Of a stretch of 64,000 nt of DNA, positions 28,134 through 38,316 are shown piece after piece. The translations under genes were made by a program, and so were the position numbers. Each line of letters starts with the position of its first letter. Position 1 is the first letter of the stretch. Origin of the DNA: Candidatus Curtissbacteria bacterium (GTDB lineage: Bacteria > Patescibacteriota > Microgenomatia > Curtissbacterales > GWA2-41-24); NCBI GenBank assembly GCA_024654445.1, contig JANLHP010000017.1:33009-97008 (forward strand), given 5' to 3'. Under the pieces are notes generated by a model, which did no database searches, was not told the origin of the DNA, and was given only the letters and a program-made list of their open reading frames with translations.

Positions 28134-29333
28134 TTAGTGAATAGCAGAACGAGGATTTGCGTTTTGGTTTATTAGAGAATCGAGAATTTGGAATCTTCGA
28201 TCTTTTTCCTTGTGGGTTATGTTGTCTTCGAATGCTTTTGTGGCTGCTGTATTGGGTCTAAGTGAATATTTGTTAACGTAAGCATAGGTAAAACCAACTT
28301 CCTTGGCGAGCTTTACTGTGTTTTCGAATTGTTCTTTGGTTTCACCCGGAAAACCGACAATTATGTCTGTTGAAATTTGAGCGTCTTTGACTTTGTTTTT
28401 TATTTTTTGGGTCAGCTTAATGTACTGATCTCTTGTGTACCATCTGTTCATTCGTTTTAGAACTGAGTCGTCTCCGGACTGAACTGCAAGATGGATGTTT
28501 CTGTCTACTTTGGGATTCTTCGCGATAGTTTCTATAAGCTCATCCGAAAAATCCCAGGGATTAGAAGAAATAAACTTCACTTTTTCGATTCCGCGAGTTT
28601 TGCAAACTTCTTCCAATAGATAAGGAAAAAGGGTAGGTATTCTGTATCGTCCCAAATGTTTTACCATCACTGGTTTTACCTTTTTACCATTTGGAAGCAA
28701 ATAACCTTTTTGAGCGTTTTTGACTAAATCTGTTCCATAGGAGTTAACGTTTTGACCTAAAAGCGTTACTTGGCGACAGCCGAGTTTTGCTAGTTCATCT
28801 ATTTCACCAAGAATGTCTGCAAATGGTCTAGAGACTTCTCTCCCCCTTGTGAAAGGGACTACGCAGAATGTGCAGAAATTGTTACAACCATTAGAAATTG
28901 GTACCCAGGAATGTTCGACCGTATGTCTCAGCGCCGGGTAATCAAAGCCGACTTCTTCGAGCGGTAAAAATTCGTCGACTTCGGGCATACGATTTCTTAA
29001 GGCTTTTAAATACTTTCCAGTTTCGTCTCTCGCTGCCATTCCAACCATACACCCAGTAATGACGATTTTGGGTTTTTCTTTTCTATTTGCTGTTATATTT
29101 TTGACCAAGCCCGTTACTCTATCTTCTGCGCTTTGACGGATCATGCAGGTATTAATGACAACAGCGCTTGCGGTTTTCATTGATTTTGCAACCTTGTACC
29201 CTCGCGCTACGTAGTAGCTGGAAATCCTTTCGCTGTCAGCTATATTTTGCTGGCAACCAAACGTCTTAATATAAAAAGTAGAATCTTTCATCGCTTGAAA
29301 TTTTAGCACAGAATTAGATGATTTTGGGAGCAA
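28134..29333 (-). CDS. miaB: MiaB-family radical-SAM methylthiotransferase (tRNA 2-methylthio-N6-isopentenyladenosine synthase-like)
   Basis: MTTase N-domain FGCQQN, radical SAM Cys triad NGCNNFCTFC, TRAM-like C-terminus; true start probably M15 (MKDSTFYIKTFGCQ). Confidence 0.7.
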   Translation of the reverse strand: MLPKSSNSVLKFQAMKDSTFYIKTFGCQQNIADSERISSYYVARGYKVAKSMKTASAVVINTCMIRQSAEDRVTGLVKNITANRKEKPKIVITGCMVGMAARDETGKYLKALRNRMPEVDEFLPLEEVGFDYPALRHTVEHSWVPISNGCNNFCTFCVVPFTRGREVSRPFADILGEIDELAKLGCRQVTLLGQNVNSYGTDLVKNAQKGYLLPNGKKVKPVMVKHLGRYRIPTLFPYLLEEVCKTRGIEKVKFISSNPWDFSDELIETIAKNPKVDRNIHLAVQSGDDSVLKRMNRWYTRDQYIKLTQKIKNKVKDAQISTDIIVGFPGETKEQFENTVKLAKEVGFTYAYVNKYSLRPNTAATKAFEDNITHKEKDRRFQILDSLINQNANPRSAIH

Positions 29334-29682
29334 AAATAATTATGCCGATTGCGGCTGCGGCGACTGAAAGAATAAGGACCGCGCCTGCAGCACAGTGCTT
29401 TGCAAGCCTAGCTTTCGGATGCTCGTCTGGATGTAAAATGTCGCATGTTTCTTCGATTGCCGTATTCATTGTTTCTGCAGAAATGACTGCTGATATTGTT
29501 AAAATTAATACTAGCCATTCTAAGGGCGAGACTGTGTAGAAAAGACCCAAAACAACAACGGCAATTGCAGTTATTGTATGAATTTTGAAATGTGTTCCTT
29601 TTTTGAAGCTGTACGCTATTCCTTCAATTGCAAAAGAGAAGCTTTTCACTTGATGGACTAAAAATGAGTCTCGTTTTACCAT
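29314..29682 (-). CDS. dgkA: Diacylglycerol kinase / undecaprenol kinase (DgkA family)
   Basis: 3 TM helices, AIEETCD... motif region, 122 aa. Confidence 0.65.
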   Translation of the reverse strand: MVKRDSFLVHQVKSFSFAIEGIAYSFKKGTHFKIHTITAIAVVVLGLFYTVSPLEWLVLILTISAVISAETMNTAIEETCDILHPDEHPKARLAKHCAAGAVLILSVAAAAIGIIIFAPKII

Positions 29683-29785
29683 TATTTAATTATACATAGC
29701 GGCACATATCTGGCAAGCTATAGGATTTGGCTACGTTGACTTTTAGCCTCGAAAAGAGTATATTTCGGCCAGAAAGAGTAATAAA

Positions 29786-30097
29786 ATGACAGAAAAAGAT
29801 ACAGAGAGACTAGGAACTGTTGTAAGCAACAGTAATGACGACGCCGTCAAAAAAGCGAAGTATGATTCAATACGCGATGAGATTCAGGGTATTTTCCCAA
29901 AACCTCCAATAGACGCAGAACTTTCTGGCGTAGAAATACTCGACCCAAGGACAATAAACGGATCTCACGTTCCATCTACGGTGAAATCTAGTTCATTGAC
30001 TACCCCTGAACAGGTTGGCGATCATGAGTCTAAAAAGGGACTTATAATTTTTGCCGATAGAGCTGCTAGATTAAAAGCTAAAAGGAAAGCTGCTTGA
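29786..30097 (+). CDS. Hypothetical protein (103 aa)
   Basis: ATG-started ORF in otherwise empty gap; no motif. Confidence 0.3.
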   Translation: MTEKDTERLGTVVSNSNDDAVKKAKYDSIRDEIQGIFPKPPIDAELSGVEILDPRTINGSHVPSTVKSSSLTTPEQVGDHESKKGLIIFADRAARLKAKRKAA

Positions 30098-30108
30098 TTC
30101 TTCTTAAA

Positions 30109-30381
30109 TTATTTAATTAGTCTTCTGAGAGTTTTTCCGGCTGTGAAGCCGGGGAGTTTGTGCCCGCCAATTTGTATGGCGTCGCCGGTTTGGGGATTGC
30201 GACCTTTCCTGGTTTTTCGATTTCTAACCTTGAACGTTCCGAAACCCGTAATTACAACTTTATCACCTTTTGCAAGTGATTCACGGATCGTTCCAAAAAC
30301 AGCATTGACTGCGTCAAAACCCGACTTTTTGGTTAAACCTACTTTTTTGGAAACTCTTTCGGCAAGTTCGTTTTTCGTCAT
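30109..30381 (-). CDS. hup: HU family DNA-binding protein
   Basis: MTKNELAERVS..., GFGTFKVRNRKTRKGRNPQTGDAIQI arm motif. Confidence 0.9.
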   Translation of the reverse strand: MTKNELAERVSKKVGLTKKSGFDAVNAVFGTIRESLAKGDKVVITGFGTFKVRNRKTRKGRNPQTGDAIQIGGHKLPGFTAGKTLRRLIK

Positions 30382-30469
30382 AATTTTCCCCTATTTTTTA
30401 GGAAACCTTGCGGTTTCCTTTGACAGTCTTACAAACTAGAATTATATTCACTCAAGCTAAGTTAGTCAA

Positions 30470-31969
30470 TCACTTTGCAATATCGACTGCCCTTGTTTCA
30501 CGAATAACTGTAACGGTTATCTGTCCGGGGTATGCAAGCTCTTTTTCTAATCTTTCTTTAATTTCGTGGGCGAGAATCACGATCTTATCATCGTCTAAAA
30601 TCTGCGGATTAACTATAACTCTTACTTCTCTCCCTGCTTGAATTGCGTAGGCTTTGTCGACACCTTCGTAGTTCATGGCGATATTTTCAATTTCTGTAAG
30701 TCTCTTAATGTAGTCCTCTACTGCTTCATGGCGCGCACCTGGTCTTGCGCCAGAAACCGCGTCTGCGATATGAACGATAATAGATTCGTTATGGGAGAAA
30801 GGCTCGTCTTCATGATGCTGAGCGATACAATCGATAACCTGTTGAGGGAAATTCCATTTTTTGGCCAGCTCCACACCTAGCTGCACATGAGTCCCTTCTT
30901 TGTCTACCTGAGTTTTTCCGATATCATGGAAGAGGCCTCCAGTTGCTGCAATTGTACTGTTTGCCCCTAATTCTTCTGCGAGTTTTTTAGCAATTTTACC
31001 GGTTTCCAAAGACGCGATTAATTGGTTTTGGCCGTATGAATATCGGAATTTGAGTCGACCTAAGGTGTCGAGAGCTTCCTGGGGTAGATTGTAAAGGCCA
31101 AGCTCGTGAGCGGCTTTCCTTCCAGCTTCTGACATGTCTTCTTCGACTTGTTGCCTTGCTTTTTCTACGAGCTGCTCGATCCGAGTTGGTTGGATCCTTG
31201 CATCTTTTACTAACCATTCGAGCGCCATTCTGGCAATTTCCCTTCTTACAGAATCAAAGGAAGAAAGCCTTACTTCACCTTCTATATCACTGTCGAGTTC
31301 AACGTCTACTCCAGTCGCAAGTTCGAAGGCGCGAATGTTTCTGCCTTCTTTCCCGATAATTCGGCCTTTGATATCGTCTGATTCAAGCTTTATTGTGCTA
31401 ACCGTGTATTCCGCGACCCAATCAGTGGCGCCTGCCATCATGGAATTTATTAAAATTTCTTTTGCTTTCTCATCTGCCGATGCTTTAATTTCCTCTTCGG
31501 CTTCTTTAATTCTTTTTGCGATTTCGCTTTTTAATTTTTCTTCTGTATTTTCTAGAATTATTTTCTTGGCTTCTTCGGATGTAAGGCTGGTTACTTTTTG
31601 GAGTTTTTCAGAAAGATCGTCTCTTAGTTTTTCGAGTTCTTTTTCCTGCTTGAGAATCGCTTGGGTTTTACTTTGGAAACTTCCTTCTTGGCGAGACAAT
31701 TCCTCGATCTTTGATTCTAGGGATTCCTCTTTTTGGGCAATCCTCTTTTCAATTTCGAGGGATTCTTGCCTAAGTTTTCTGGCTTCGTCTTCCGCGGCTT
31801 TTTTAATGCGGAAGGCTTCGTCTCTTGCGTCCTGAACTATGTTTCTTGCGTGTGATGATTGATCGCTATTGCCTCCTGAGTTTCCCACAGAAACGACGAC
31901 CTTTTTGGGTTCATTCACTTGGTCTCGTTGATCGTTATATTGAGTTTTTTTACCAAAAACTTTAGCCAT
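30470..31969 (-). CDS. rny: Ribonuclease Y
   Basis: Coiled-coil N-half, KH domain IIGKEGRNIRAFELATGVDV, HD domain GLFHDIGK...HH; 499 aa; the 233-aa Ser-rich antisense ORF 31134..31835 is an artefact. Confidence 0.85.
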   Translation of the reverse strand: MAKVFGKKTQYNDQRDQVNEPKKVVVSVGNSGGNSDQSSHARNIVQDARDEAFRIKKAAEDEARKLRQESLEIEKRIAQKEESLESKIEELSRQEGSFQSKTQAILKQEKELEKLRDDLSEKLQKVTSLTSEEAKKIILENTEEKLKSEIAKRIKEAEEEIKASADEKAKEILINSMMAGATDWVAEYTVSTIKLESDDIKGRIIGKEGRNIRAFELATGVDVELDSDIEGEVRLSSFDSVRREIARMALEWLVKDARIQPTRIEQLVEKARQQVEEDMSEAGRKAAHELGLYNLPQEALDTLGRLKFRYSYGQNQLIASLETGKIAKKLAEELGANSTIAATGGLFHDIGKTQVDKEGTHVQLGVELAKKWNFPQQVIDCIAQHHEDEPFSHNESIIVHIADAVSGARPGARHEAVEDYIKRLTEIENIAMNYEGVDKAYAIQAGREVRVIVNPQILDDDKIVILAHEIKERLEKELAYPGQITVTVIRETRAVDIAK

Positions 31970-32107
31970 TTAATTGTGAGAAATGCAAAATATTTCCTGC
32001 TTCTGAGGAACTGGTGTAAGTTTAAATACGAATGGAGAAAGATCCCGTTTGGTAATTCATTTTTCACACTTACAAAAATGCTATTTCTCTTTCTTTAATT
32101 TAAAATT

Positions 32108-32764
32108 CTAGCCCTTTTTCGGTAAATTTGCAAATATTTCGCGGATTATTTCTACGCTGAATCCTCGCGCCCCTAAATACATATACACCTTTTTTTTAAG
32201 ATCTAAATTGGAAAGATTTTGCCACCTTTTGATCTTTTTTTGAATAGCTTTTTGGGCAAGTTCCAACTCGTTAACTGCACCTTCTAACATCTTCGCAATC
32301 AAATCTTCTTCGACGCCTTTGGCTTTTAATTCGGATCTTAATGCGATTTTCCCTTTTGGCTTAGAGCGCATTCTTGATTCAATGAACCACTTTGCAAACT
32401 GTTGGTCGTTGATGTATTTGTATTTTTTTAACTTTTTTATGACAATTGCTATCTGTAGACTTTCTTTTGCTTCATGGAATTTAATTTTTTGTCTTAGTGA
32501 AATCTTTTTTATCAAATAATCTGCAACTTCTTTTTCGCTTCTCGGCCTGTACGATAAAAAGTGGGCGGCAAGGTCTGTAAGCCTCCCTATTTCTTCTTTG
32601 GCCAAGATATTTGTTACGTCTTCTTCGGTAATGTTTTTACCGATTTTTAAGTTGTGTTCGAAAACGGCAATTTCTTTAACTCCAAAGGCGAATTTTCCAT
32701 CGAGGAAAATATTGAATCTCTGGGGGTTTTTCTTTTGAGGTTCTATAGAAGTTATCTGTGGCAC
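32108..32764 (-). CDS. recX: RecA regulator RecX
   Basis: Immediately downstream of recA; helical-repeat protein of RecX size and composition. Confidence 0.6.
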   Translation of the reverse strand: MPQITSIEPQKKNPQRFNIFLDGKFAFGVKEIAVFEHNLKIGKNITEEDVTNILAKEEIGRLTDLAAHFLSYRPRSEKEVADYLIKKISLRQKIKFHEAKESLQIAIVIKKLKKYKYINDQQFAKWFIESRMRSKPKGKIALRSELKAKGVEEDLIAKMLEGAVNELELAQKAIQKKIKRWQNLSNLDLKKKVYMYLGARGFSVEIIREIFANLPKKG

Positions 32765-32772
32765 AAACAGAT

Positions 32773-33855
32773 TTACACTTGAGGTGATTCTCCTGTTAAT
32801 GACTCTAAAATTTCGTCGTCTTCGCTTTCGTGGTTTATGACTTTTGTTGGCTTAATCCCTGACCCTTTTTTGACTTTTGCCCAAATTTCTTTTTCTAGGC
32901 TTTGGGCTTCTTTTTTATGTTCAGCAAGATATGCCTTGGCGCTTTCTCTACCTTGGCCAATCAGTTTTGTGCCGAGGCGGAAAAATGCGCCTGACTTGGA
33001 GACTAGCCCAAGTTCTACGGCAACATCCAAGAGTCCCGCCTCTCTTGATATGCCTTCTTCGGCCATTATGTCGAATTCTGCAATTCTAAAGGGAGGAGCA
33101 ACTTTATTTTTGACAACTTTTACTCGATGCCGGCTGCCGATTACTTTGTCGCCTTCCTTTATATTATCAATCCTGCGAATATCAAGCCTGACAGAAGAAT
33201 AAAACTTGAGAGCTCGACCACCCGGAGTCACTTCAGGATTCCCAAACATGATGCCGATTTTTTCTCGGAGTTGGTTAGTGAAAATGGCGATGGTTTTGGA
33301 TTTTGAGATTGCACCAGTTAATTTTCTGAGGGCCTGGGACATTAATCTGGCCTGAATTCCCATTACGGAATCGCCCATCTCGCCTTCTATTTCCGCCCTA
33401 GGGACAAGAGCTGCAACCGAATCGATAACTATGACGTCGACTGCCCCAGAGCGAATTAATGTTTCTGTTATTTCCAATGCTTGTTCACCGGTGTCTGGTT
33501 GAGAGATGAGTAGGTCTTCAAGATTAACGCCAATCTTTTGGGCCCATACAGGATCGAGGGCGTGTTCGGCGTCGATTAACGCAACGTTGCCGCCATTTTT
33601 CTGCGCTTGGGCAATTATAGAAAGGGCTACTGAAGTTTTTCCGGAAGCTTCCGGGCCATAAATTTCAATAATTCTACCCCGGGGCAAACCGCCAACGCCG
33701 AGGGCGAGATCTACTGGAATTATCCCTGTGGAGATAACCTCTATGTCCCATTTGCCTACAGATTCCCCCATCTTCATGATGGAGCCTTTCCCATAGGCTT
33801 TTTCTATTTGGGAGATGGCAGTTGCGATTGCTTGTTTTTTAGCGTCGGAACTCAT
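32773..33855 (-). CDS. recA: Recombinase RecA
   Basis: Walker [14 protein letters not shown]1/L2 loops, 360 aa. Confidence 0.97.
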   Translation of the reverse strand: MSSDAKKQAIATAISQIEKAYGKGSIMKMGESVGKWDIEVISTGIIPVDLALGVGGLPRGRIIEIYGPEASGKTSVALSIIAQAQKNGGNVALIDAEHALDPVWAQKIGVNLEDLLISQPDTGEQALEITETLIRSGAVDVIVIDSVAALVPRAEIEGEMGDSVMGIQARLMSQALRKLTGAISKSKTIAIFTNQLREKIGIMFGNPEVTPGGRALKFYSSVRLDIRRIDNIKEGDKVIGSRHRVKVVKNKVAPPFRIAEFDIMAEEGISREAGLLDVAVELGLVSKSGAFFRLGTKLIGQGRESAKAYLAEHKKEAQSLEKEIWAKVKKGSGIKPTKVINHESEDDEILESLTGESPQV

Positions 33856-34084
33856 TTTTTGAAAGGTAAGGTTCGGAGCAGAGTCAAATCAGGGTTATTT
33901 TTACTACAGTTAATCCTAAAATACAATAAGCAGTTTTACGAGTGAGAAAATTGCCTCGACGATATATAATATCCCCTGTTAGGGGAGCAGTATAAAAACC
34001 TTCTTCGCTCGCAGTATTTGATAATTTTACTGCTCGCTTGAAGAACTTTGATTTTTCGCAAGCGAAAAAGTAGTGGCAGATTTT

Positions 34085-34155
34085 CGGGGTGTAGTATAGT
34101 GGTAGTACGTACGCATGGGGTGTGTATAGTCTCGGTTCGATTCCGAGCACCCCGA
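34085..34155 (+). tRNA. tRNA-Pro (anticodon GGG), 71 nt, CCA not encoded
   Basis: Acceptor CGGGGUG/CACCCCG, D-loop AGUGGUAG, anticodon stem UACGC/GUGUA with loop AUGGGGU, T-arm CUCGG-UUCGAUU-CCGAG, discriminator A. Confidence 0.65.
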
Positions 34156-34308
34156 CATAGCTGTCAAAAAGTGTTGTATCGGGATTCGATTTCGAGCGAA
34201 GCGAAGAAATATCAGGTGAGCTTGCGAGAGCTGATATTCTCCCCTCCCCGACATCTTCTTATGTTTGTGGTTGACTGCTTTTATAAAAGCGCATATCATT
34301 AACTTGAA

Positions 34309-34770
34309 GTGCGTAAGCTGCTCTTATTTGTATTACTATTGATTTTGGTTGGTGTACCCCTCATTTACTTTTTGTATTCAAAGGGATACCTTAGTAGATC
34401 TGATTCTTCGCAAGTTACCAGTCAACTTACTCCGGGCATAGAAGGATTTGAACTCATACAGCTTAACTCTGTTGGAAATGTTGAAGGGACATTACATTCA
34501 TCAAGAAACTATGACGGAAAATGGTTTAGGCACAGTGTGTCGGGGGAGCTCCCGAGTCCTCCAGAGGGAAAATTTTATGAGGCTTGGTTGGCGAAGGGGA
34601 ATTTATTTCTTTCAACTGGTGAACTTTATCCTGAAGGAGCCGAAATGAGAATTGATTTTCGAGATGATATAGATCTAACAGATTACAATAAAGTTGTTGT
34701 TACTCTTGAAACTAGGTTAAATGGTCTGGATGGAAAACCTGAAGAGCATATTTTTGAAGGAAATTTCTAA
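34309..34770 (+). CDS. Hypothetical secreted/membrane-anchored protein (153 aa)
   Basis: N-terminal signal/anchor MRKLLLFVLLLILVGVPLIYFL; no known motif. Confidence 0.4.
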   Translation: MRKLLLFVLLLILVGVPLIYFLYSKGYLSRSDSSQVTSQLTPGIEGFELIQLNSVGNVEGTLHSSRNYDGKWFRHSVSGELPSPPEGKFYEAWLAKGNLFLSTGELYPEGAEMRIDFRDDIDLTDYNKVVVTLETRLNGLDGKPEEHIFEGNF

Positions 34771-34821
34771 TATCGCTGGATTACTTCTTCGCTCATTAAA
34801 TTTGCTTTCCATAGGATAAGT

Positions 34822-35276
34822 TTGAGAAACTATGTAGACCTACGAGGTGTTTTTTTTATGCCTAAAAAGATAAGAAAAAATAAATTGGACGTTCTGGAAG
34901 GATTCTCTTTCCAACTTACTCATTGGATTGGTACTCCATTGTCTATAATCTTGCATACTTTATTATTCATGGGGATTTTTGCGCTCTCAATTTTTGGTGT
35001 CAGCACAGATAAGATTCTACTCATTTTGACAACAGCTGTATCGCTTGAAGCAATTTACATGGCAATTTTTATTCAAATGACGGTTAATAGAAATACTGCA
35101 TCCCTGGAAGCAGTTGAGGATGAAATCGAAGATATCCGGTGAAAGTTGAAGAAATATCTGAGGACATCGAAGAGGATGACACGCAAGATAAAGCAATAAT
35201 GGCAACGCTAAATCAAATAAATCAGGGTCTCAAAAAGTTACAGCGAGATATATCTTTGCTCGTTGGGAAAAAATGA
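34822..35276 (+). pseudogene. DUF1003-family membrane protein with apparent +2 frameshift near 35140 (ORF track stops at 35142; coiled-coil C-terminus continues in another frame to 35276)
   Basis: TM core FSFQLTHWIGTPLSIIL...; after EDEIEDIR-TGA the shifted frame reads VKVEEISEDIEEDDTQDKAIMATLNQINQGLKKLQRDISLLVGKK, typical acidic/coiled tail of this family. Confidence 0.45.
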
Positions 35277-35284
35277 TTTGAGCT

Positions 35285-35737
35285 TTATCGCTTTGGAGAT
35301 TGTTTCCCTTTTCGCGCTTTTTGCGCGTTTCCGTACTTTCGTCTTTCTTTAACTCTGGGGTCGCGTGTCAAAAGATGAGCTTTTTTAAGAATCGCTCTAT
35401 ATTCTGGACTCGCCGCACTCAACGCTCTTGATAGTCCAAGTATTATCGCGTCGATCTGGCTGGCTTTGCCTGAACCCACAACCCTGATTGTCGCGTAAAA
35501 TGTATCGTTTGTTTTAGTTAACCTGAAAGGCTTTTGCCACATGCTTTTGGCGACTGCTGACGTGAAGTATTTTTCTGCAGGAGTATCATTTACAAGTGTC
35601 TCTCCTTTACCCGTAAAAAGTCTTATGCTCGCAGTTGCTTCTTTCCTTCGTCCGTGCACGGAAATATATCCGGGTGTTTTTTTGTTTGTAGTTATTGGCG
35701 GTGATGCTACCTCAGTTGTTTTTAATTCGTCGTTCAT
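35285..35737 (-). CDS. rpsI: 30S ribosomal protein S9 (with N-terminal extension)
   Basis: C-terminal KARKGKQSPKR; conserved S9 core. Confidence 0.9.
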   Translation of the reverse strand: MNDELKTTEVASPPITTNKKTPGYISVHGRRKEATASIRLFTGKGETLVNDTPAEKYFTSAVAKSMWQKPFRLTKTNDTFYATIRVVGSGKASQIDAIILGLSRALSAASPEYRAILKKAHLLTRDPRVKERRKYGNAQKARKGKQSPKR

Positions 35738-36150
35738 TTTGGTTTAGAAAATTTATCTTGAAAAGGGTTTTCGGAACCAGGAAAAATGTAAAGTTTTTTA
35801 AGCATACCTCTTGCTAATTTATTTTTCGGTAACATTCCTTTGACTGAATGCCTAATTAACTCCTCACTTTTTTGGCTTCTTACTTGTTGTGCAGTTTTAA
35901 CCTTAAGGCCGCCTGGGTACCCTGAATGTCGATAATAAGGTTTATTAATTTCTTTCTTTCCAGACAGTTCGACTTTCGCTGAGTTAACCACAACAACGTT
36001 ATCTCCACAATCCATATACGGCGCGTAGTAAGGTTTGTTTTTACCCATAAGGATGTGCGCGACTTCTGTGGAGAGTCTTCCTAGTATTTTTCCTTTTGCG
36101 TCTATTTGGCGCCACTCTCTTTTTATTTCTGCAGCTTTCGGGTTTTTCAT
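35734..36150 (-). CDS. rplM: 50S ribosomal protein L13
   Basis: REWRQIDAKGKILGRLSTEVA... Confidence 0.9.
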   Translation of the reverse strand: MKNPKAAEIKREWRQIDAKGKILGRLSTEVAHILMGKNKPYYAPYMDCGDNVVVVNSAKVELSGKKEINKPYYRHSGYPGGLKVKTAQQVRSQKSEELIRHSVKGMLPKNKLARGMLKKLYIFPGSENPFQDKFSKPK

Positions 36151-36632
36151 TTCTTTTTGACTTCTGTTGACTTTGGCTTGGCAGATTTGGTCGTTTCTGT
36201 ATCTACCGGTTTTTTGGCTAGAGTGGCCGCCCCTTTAGCTGTCTCCGGTTTGCTAGCCACGACAGCGACTTTAGGTTTTTCGAATTCTAAAATCTCTAGT
36301 CTTGCCATCGGAGAAGAATCTCCGGTCCTTGTATTTAGCTTGATAATTCGAGTGTAACCACCCGGTCTCTCTTTAAAGCCTGGTCCAATTTCCCTAATTA
36401 GTTTTTGGAAGGCATCTCGACTAAGAGTCGCGGCCAGACGTCTATTTTTGGATAACTTATTTTTAGCCGCAAGTGTAATGAGTTCTTCGATGTGGCCTTT
36501 TGCGAACTTCGCTTTTGTCAGAGTTGTCGTAATTTTTCCAGACACAAGTAGAGCGCTTGCTAAATTGTTCGTAAGCGCCTTTCTTGCGTTAGTATCCCTT
36601 CCAAGTTTGCGTCCAGAGTTTAAGTGTCTCAC
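36147..36632 (-). CDS. rplQ: 50S ribosomal protein L17 with ~40-aa Lys/Ala/Thr-rich C-terminal tail
   Basis: MRHLNSGRKLGRDTNARKAL L17 N-terminus. Confidence 0.9.
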   Translation of the reverse strand: MRHLNSGRKLGRDTNARKALTNNLASALLVSGKITTTLTKAKFAKGHIEELITLAAKNKLSKNRRLAATLSRDAFQKLIREIGPGFKERPGGYTRIIKLNTRTGDSSPMARLEILEFEKPKVAVVASKPETAKGAATLAKKPVDTETTKSAKPKSTEVKKK

Positions 36633-37552
36633 TTTGCCTCTATTCCTTTCTCTCTAAGCTTTTCCTCAACGAGGGAAATCGATTTAGGACCCATATTTTT
36701 CATCTTTAAGAGTTCTCTTCTGTCTCTGTCCAGAAAATCTCCTATCGTTTCTATCTTTCCCGATTTAAGACTATTTGTGAGTCTTACGGGAAGGTCGAGT
36801 TCTTCAAGAGAAGTGTTTCTTAGTTCACCAGTTACTTCAGTAACTTGTGTTTCTGGGACCTCTTTTTTCTTCGCCTGCTGAGGTTCGTAAATTGTTGCAA
36901 AATGATCTACCAAAATCTTAGCTGATTGTCTTAGTGCGTCTGACGCTTTTATGGTTCCGTCCGTTGTTATTTCCAGTGTTAATTTGTCAAAGTTTGTAAC
37001 CCTTCCGATACGTGTTGCTTCTACTTTGTAATTAACATTAATAACGGGTGAAAAATTGGCATCCAGAGGAATTAATCCAATTTCGCCGGTTTTTCTCTCT
37101 GTTGCAAGAGAATAACCACTGCCGACTTCTGCAACCATTTGTACGGAAAGTCTGCTCTTGCTGTCTGCAAGATGTGCGATAGTCAAATCGGCATTGACTA
37201 TTTCTACGCCTGCGCTTCTTTCAATATCGCTAGCCTTAACTTCTTTTGGACCTCTTACATCAAGAGATAATTTAACTGGCTTGTCTGAAGTTATTTTTAA
37301 TCTTACTTTTTTGAGATTAAGAATAAATTCGACAATATCCTCGGACATTCCGGAAAGGGTAGAAAATTGATGACGAACACCAGCTATTTTGACTTGAGTA
37401 ATAGCTGCGCCGGAAAGAGAACTTAAGAGTACTCTTCTGAGGGAATTTCCGATTGTGTGACCATATCCTTGATCTAAAGGTTCAATAATAAACTTACCAA
37501 AATTTGGTGTTTCTTTTTCTGTTTGGACTTCTATCTGTGATAAATCAAGCAT
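36629..37552 (-). CDS. rpoA: DNA-directed RNA polymerase subunit alpha
   Basis: alpha NTD plus CTD (ELDLPVRLTNSLKSGKIETIGDF). Confidence 0.95.
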   Translation of the reverse strand: MLDLSQIEVQTEKETPNFGKFIIEPLDQGYGHTIGNSLRRVLLSSLSGAAITQVKIAGVRHQFSTLSGMSEDIVEFILNLKKVRLKITSDKPVKLSLDVRGPKEVKASDIERSAGVEIVNADLTIAHLADSKSRLSVQMVAEVGSGYSLATERKTGEIGLIPLDANFSPVINVNYKVEATRIGRVTNFDKLTLEITTDGTIKASDALRQSAKILVDHFATIYEPQQAKKKEVPETQVTEVTGELRNTSLEELDLPVRLTNSLKSGKIETIGDFLDRDRRELLKMKNMGPKSISLVEEKLREKGIEAK

Positions 37553-37573
37553 CTAATTCACCTCCTTTTTTTA

Positions 37574-37680
37574 ATTTAAGGGACAACCTACGGCCTGCCT
37601 GTCGGCAGACAGGTTTTCCCTTAATATTCCTTTTCCTTTAATGGACAAAATTAAACTGGCTAAGCCAGATTTAATTTTAG
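37574..37680. repeat. R1 repeat, copy 2 (with extra internal hairpin ctgtcggcagacag)
   Basis: tttaagggacaacctacggcctgcctgtcggcagacaggttttcccttaatattccttttcctttaatggacaaaattaaactggctaagccagatttaattttag. Confidence 0.85.
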
Positions 37681-37706
37681 ATTTTATGATAGCTCTTTCC
37701 ATAATT

Positions 37707-38315
37707 TTATCTTGAATAGAACTCAACGATTAATCTTTCGTTTACTTCAACGTCTAAATCTTCACGTTTGGGCATAGCTGCAACTTTTCCAACAGTAGCT
37801 TTTCTTTCCAGCCACGGAGGAAGTTTCGCATCTTTTGTGTCCTCTATCAGTTTTTTAATGAAATCGAGGTTGGCAGTTTTTGTCGACAGAGAAATGACAT
37901 CACCAATTTTAACATTGAAGGATGGTATTGTCACTTTCTTTCCGTTGACTAAGACGTGCCCGTGCGAAACGAGTTGCCTTGCTTGACTTCGGCTTGATGC
38001 AAGGTTTAAGCGATAAACGACGTTGTCGAGTCGGGTTTCCAGAATACTAAGAAGTGCCTCGCCGGTTGCGACTTTCTTGCCCGCCGCCATTTTATAGTAC
38101 TTGGCGAATTGTCGTTCTAATATGCCGTACATTCTTTTTACTTTTTGTTTTTCTCGCAACTGAATTCCGTATTCGGAAAGCTTTCTTCTCATCTTTGCAC
38201 CGTGCTGACCTGGAGGTCCTGCATTTTTTCTAGTAACTGGACACTTGGGTGAACCACAAAGGGCAACGCCTTCTGCTCGACAAAGTCTATGTTTTGGTCC
38301 TGTATATCTTGCCAT
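37707..38315 (-). CDS. rpsD: 30S ribosomal protein S4
   Basis: MARYTGPKHRLCR, Zn-ribbon-like Cys, S4 domain. Confidence 0.95.
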   Translation of the reverse strand: MARYTGPKHRLCRAEGVALCGSPKCPVTRKNAGPPGQHGAKMRRKLSEYGIQLREKQKVKRMYGILERQFAKYYKMAAGKKVATGEALLSILETRLDNVVYRLNLASSRSQARQLVSHGHVLVNGKKVTIPSFNVKIGDVISLSTKTANLDFIKKLIEDTKDAKLPPWLERKATVGKVAAMPKREDLDVEVNERLIVEFYSR

Positions 38316-38316
38316 T

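Noticed and set aside
31134-31835. 233-aa Ser-rich plus-strand ORF and a 67-aa companion
   Set aside because: Antisense to the well-conserved rny gene. Low-complexity Ser/Leu translation is typical of the reverse frame of a Glu/Lys-rich coiled coil.
33884-34302. Three overlapping 84-90-aa ORFs
   Set aside because: They overlap the tRNA-Pro gene and the recA promoter region. No coding signal.
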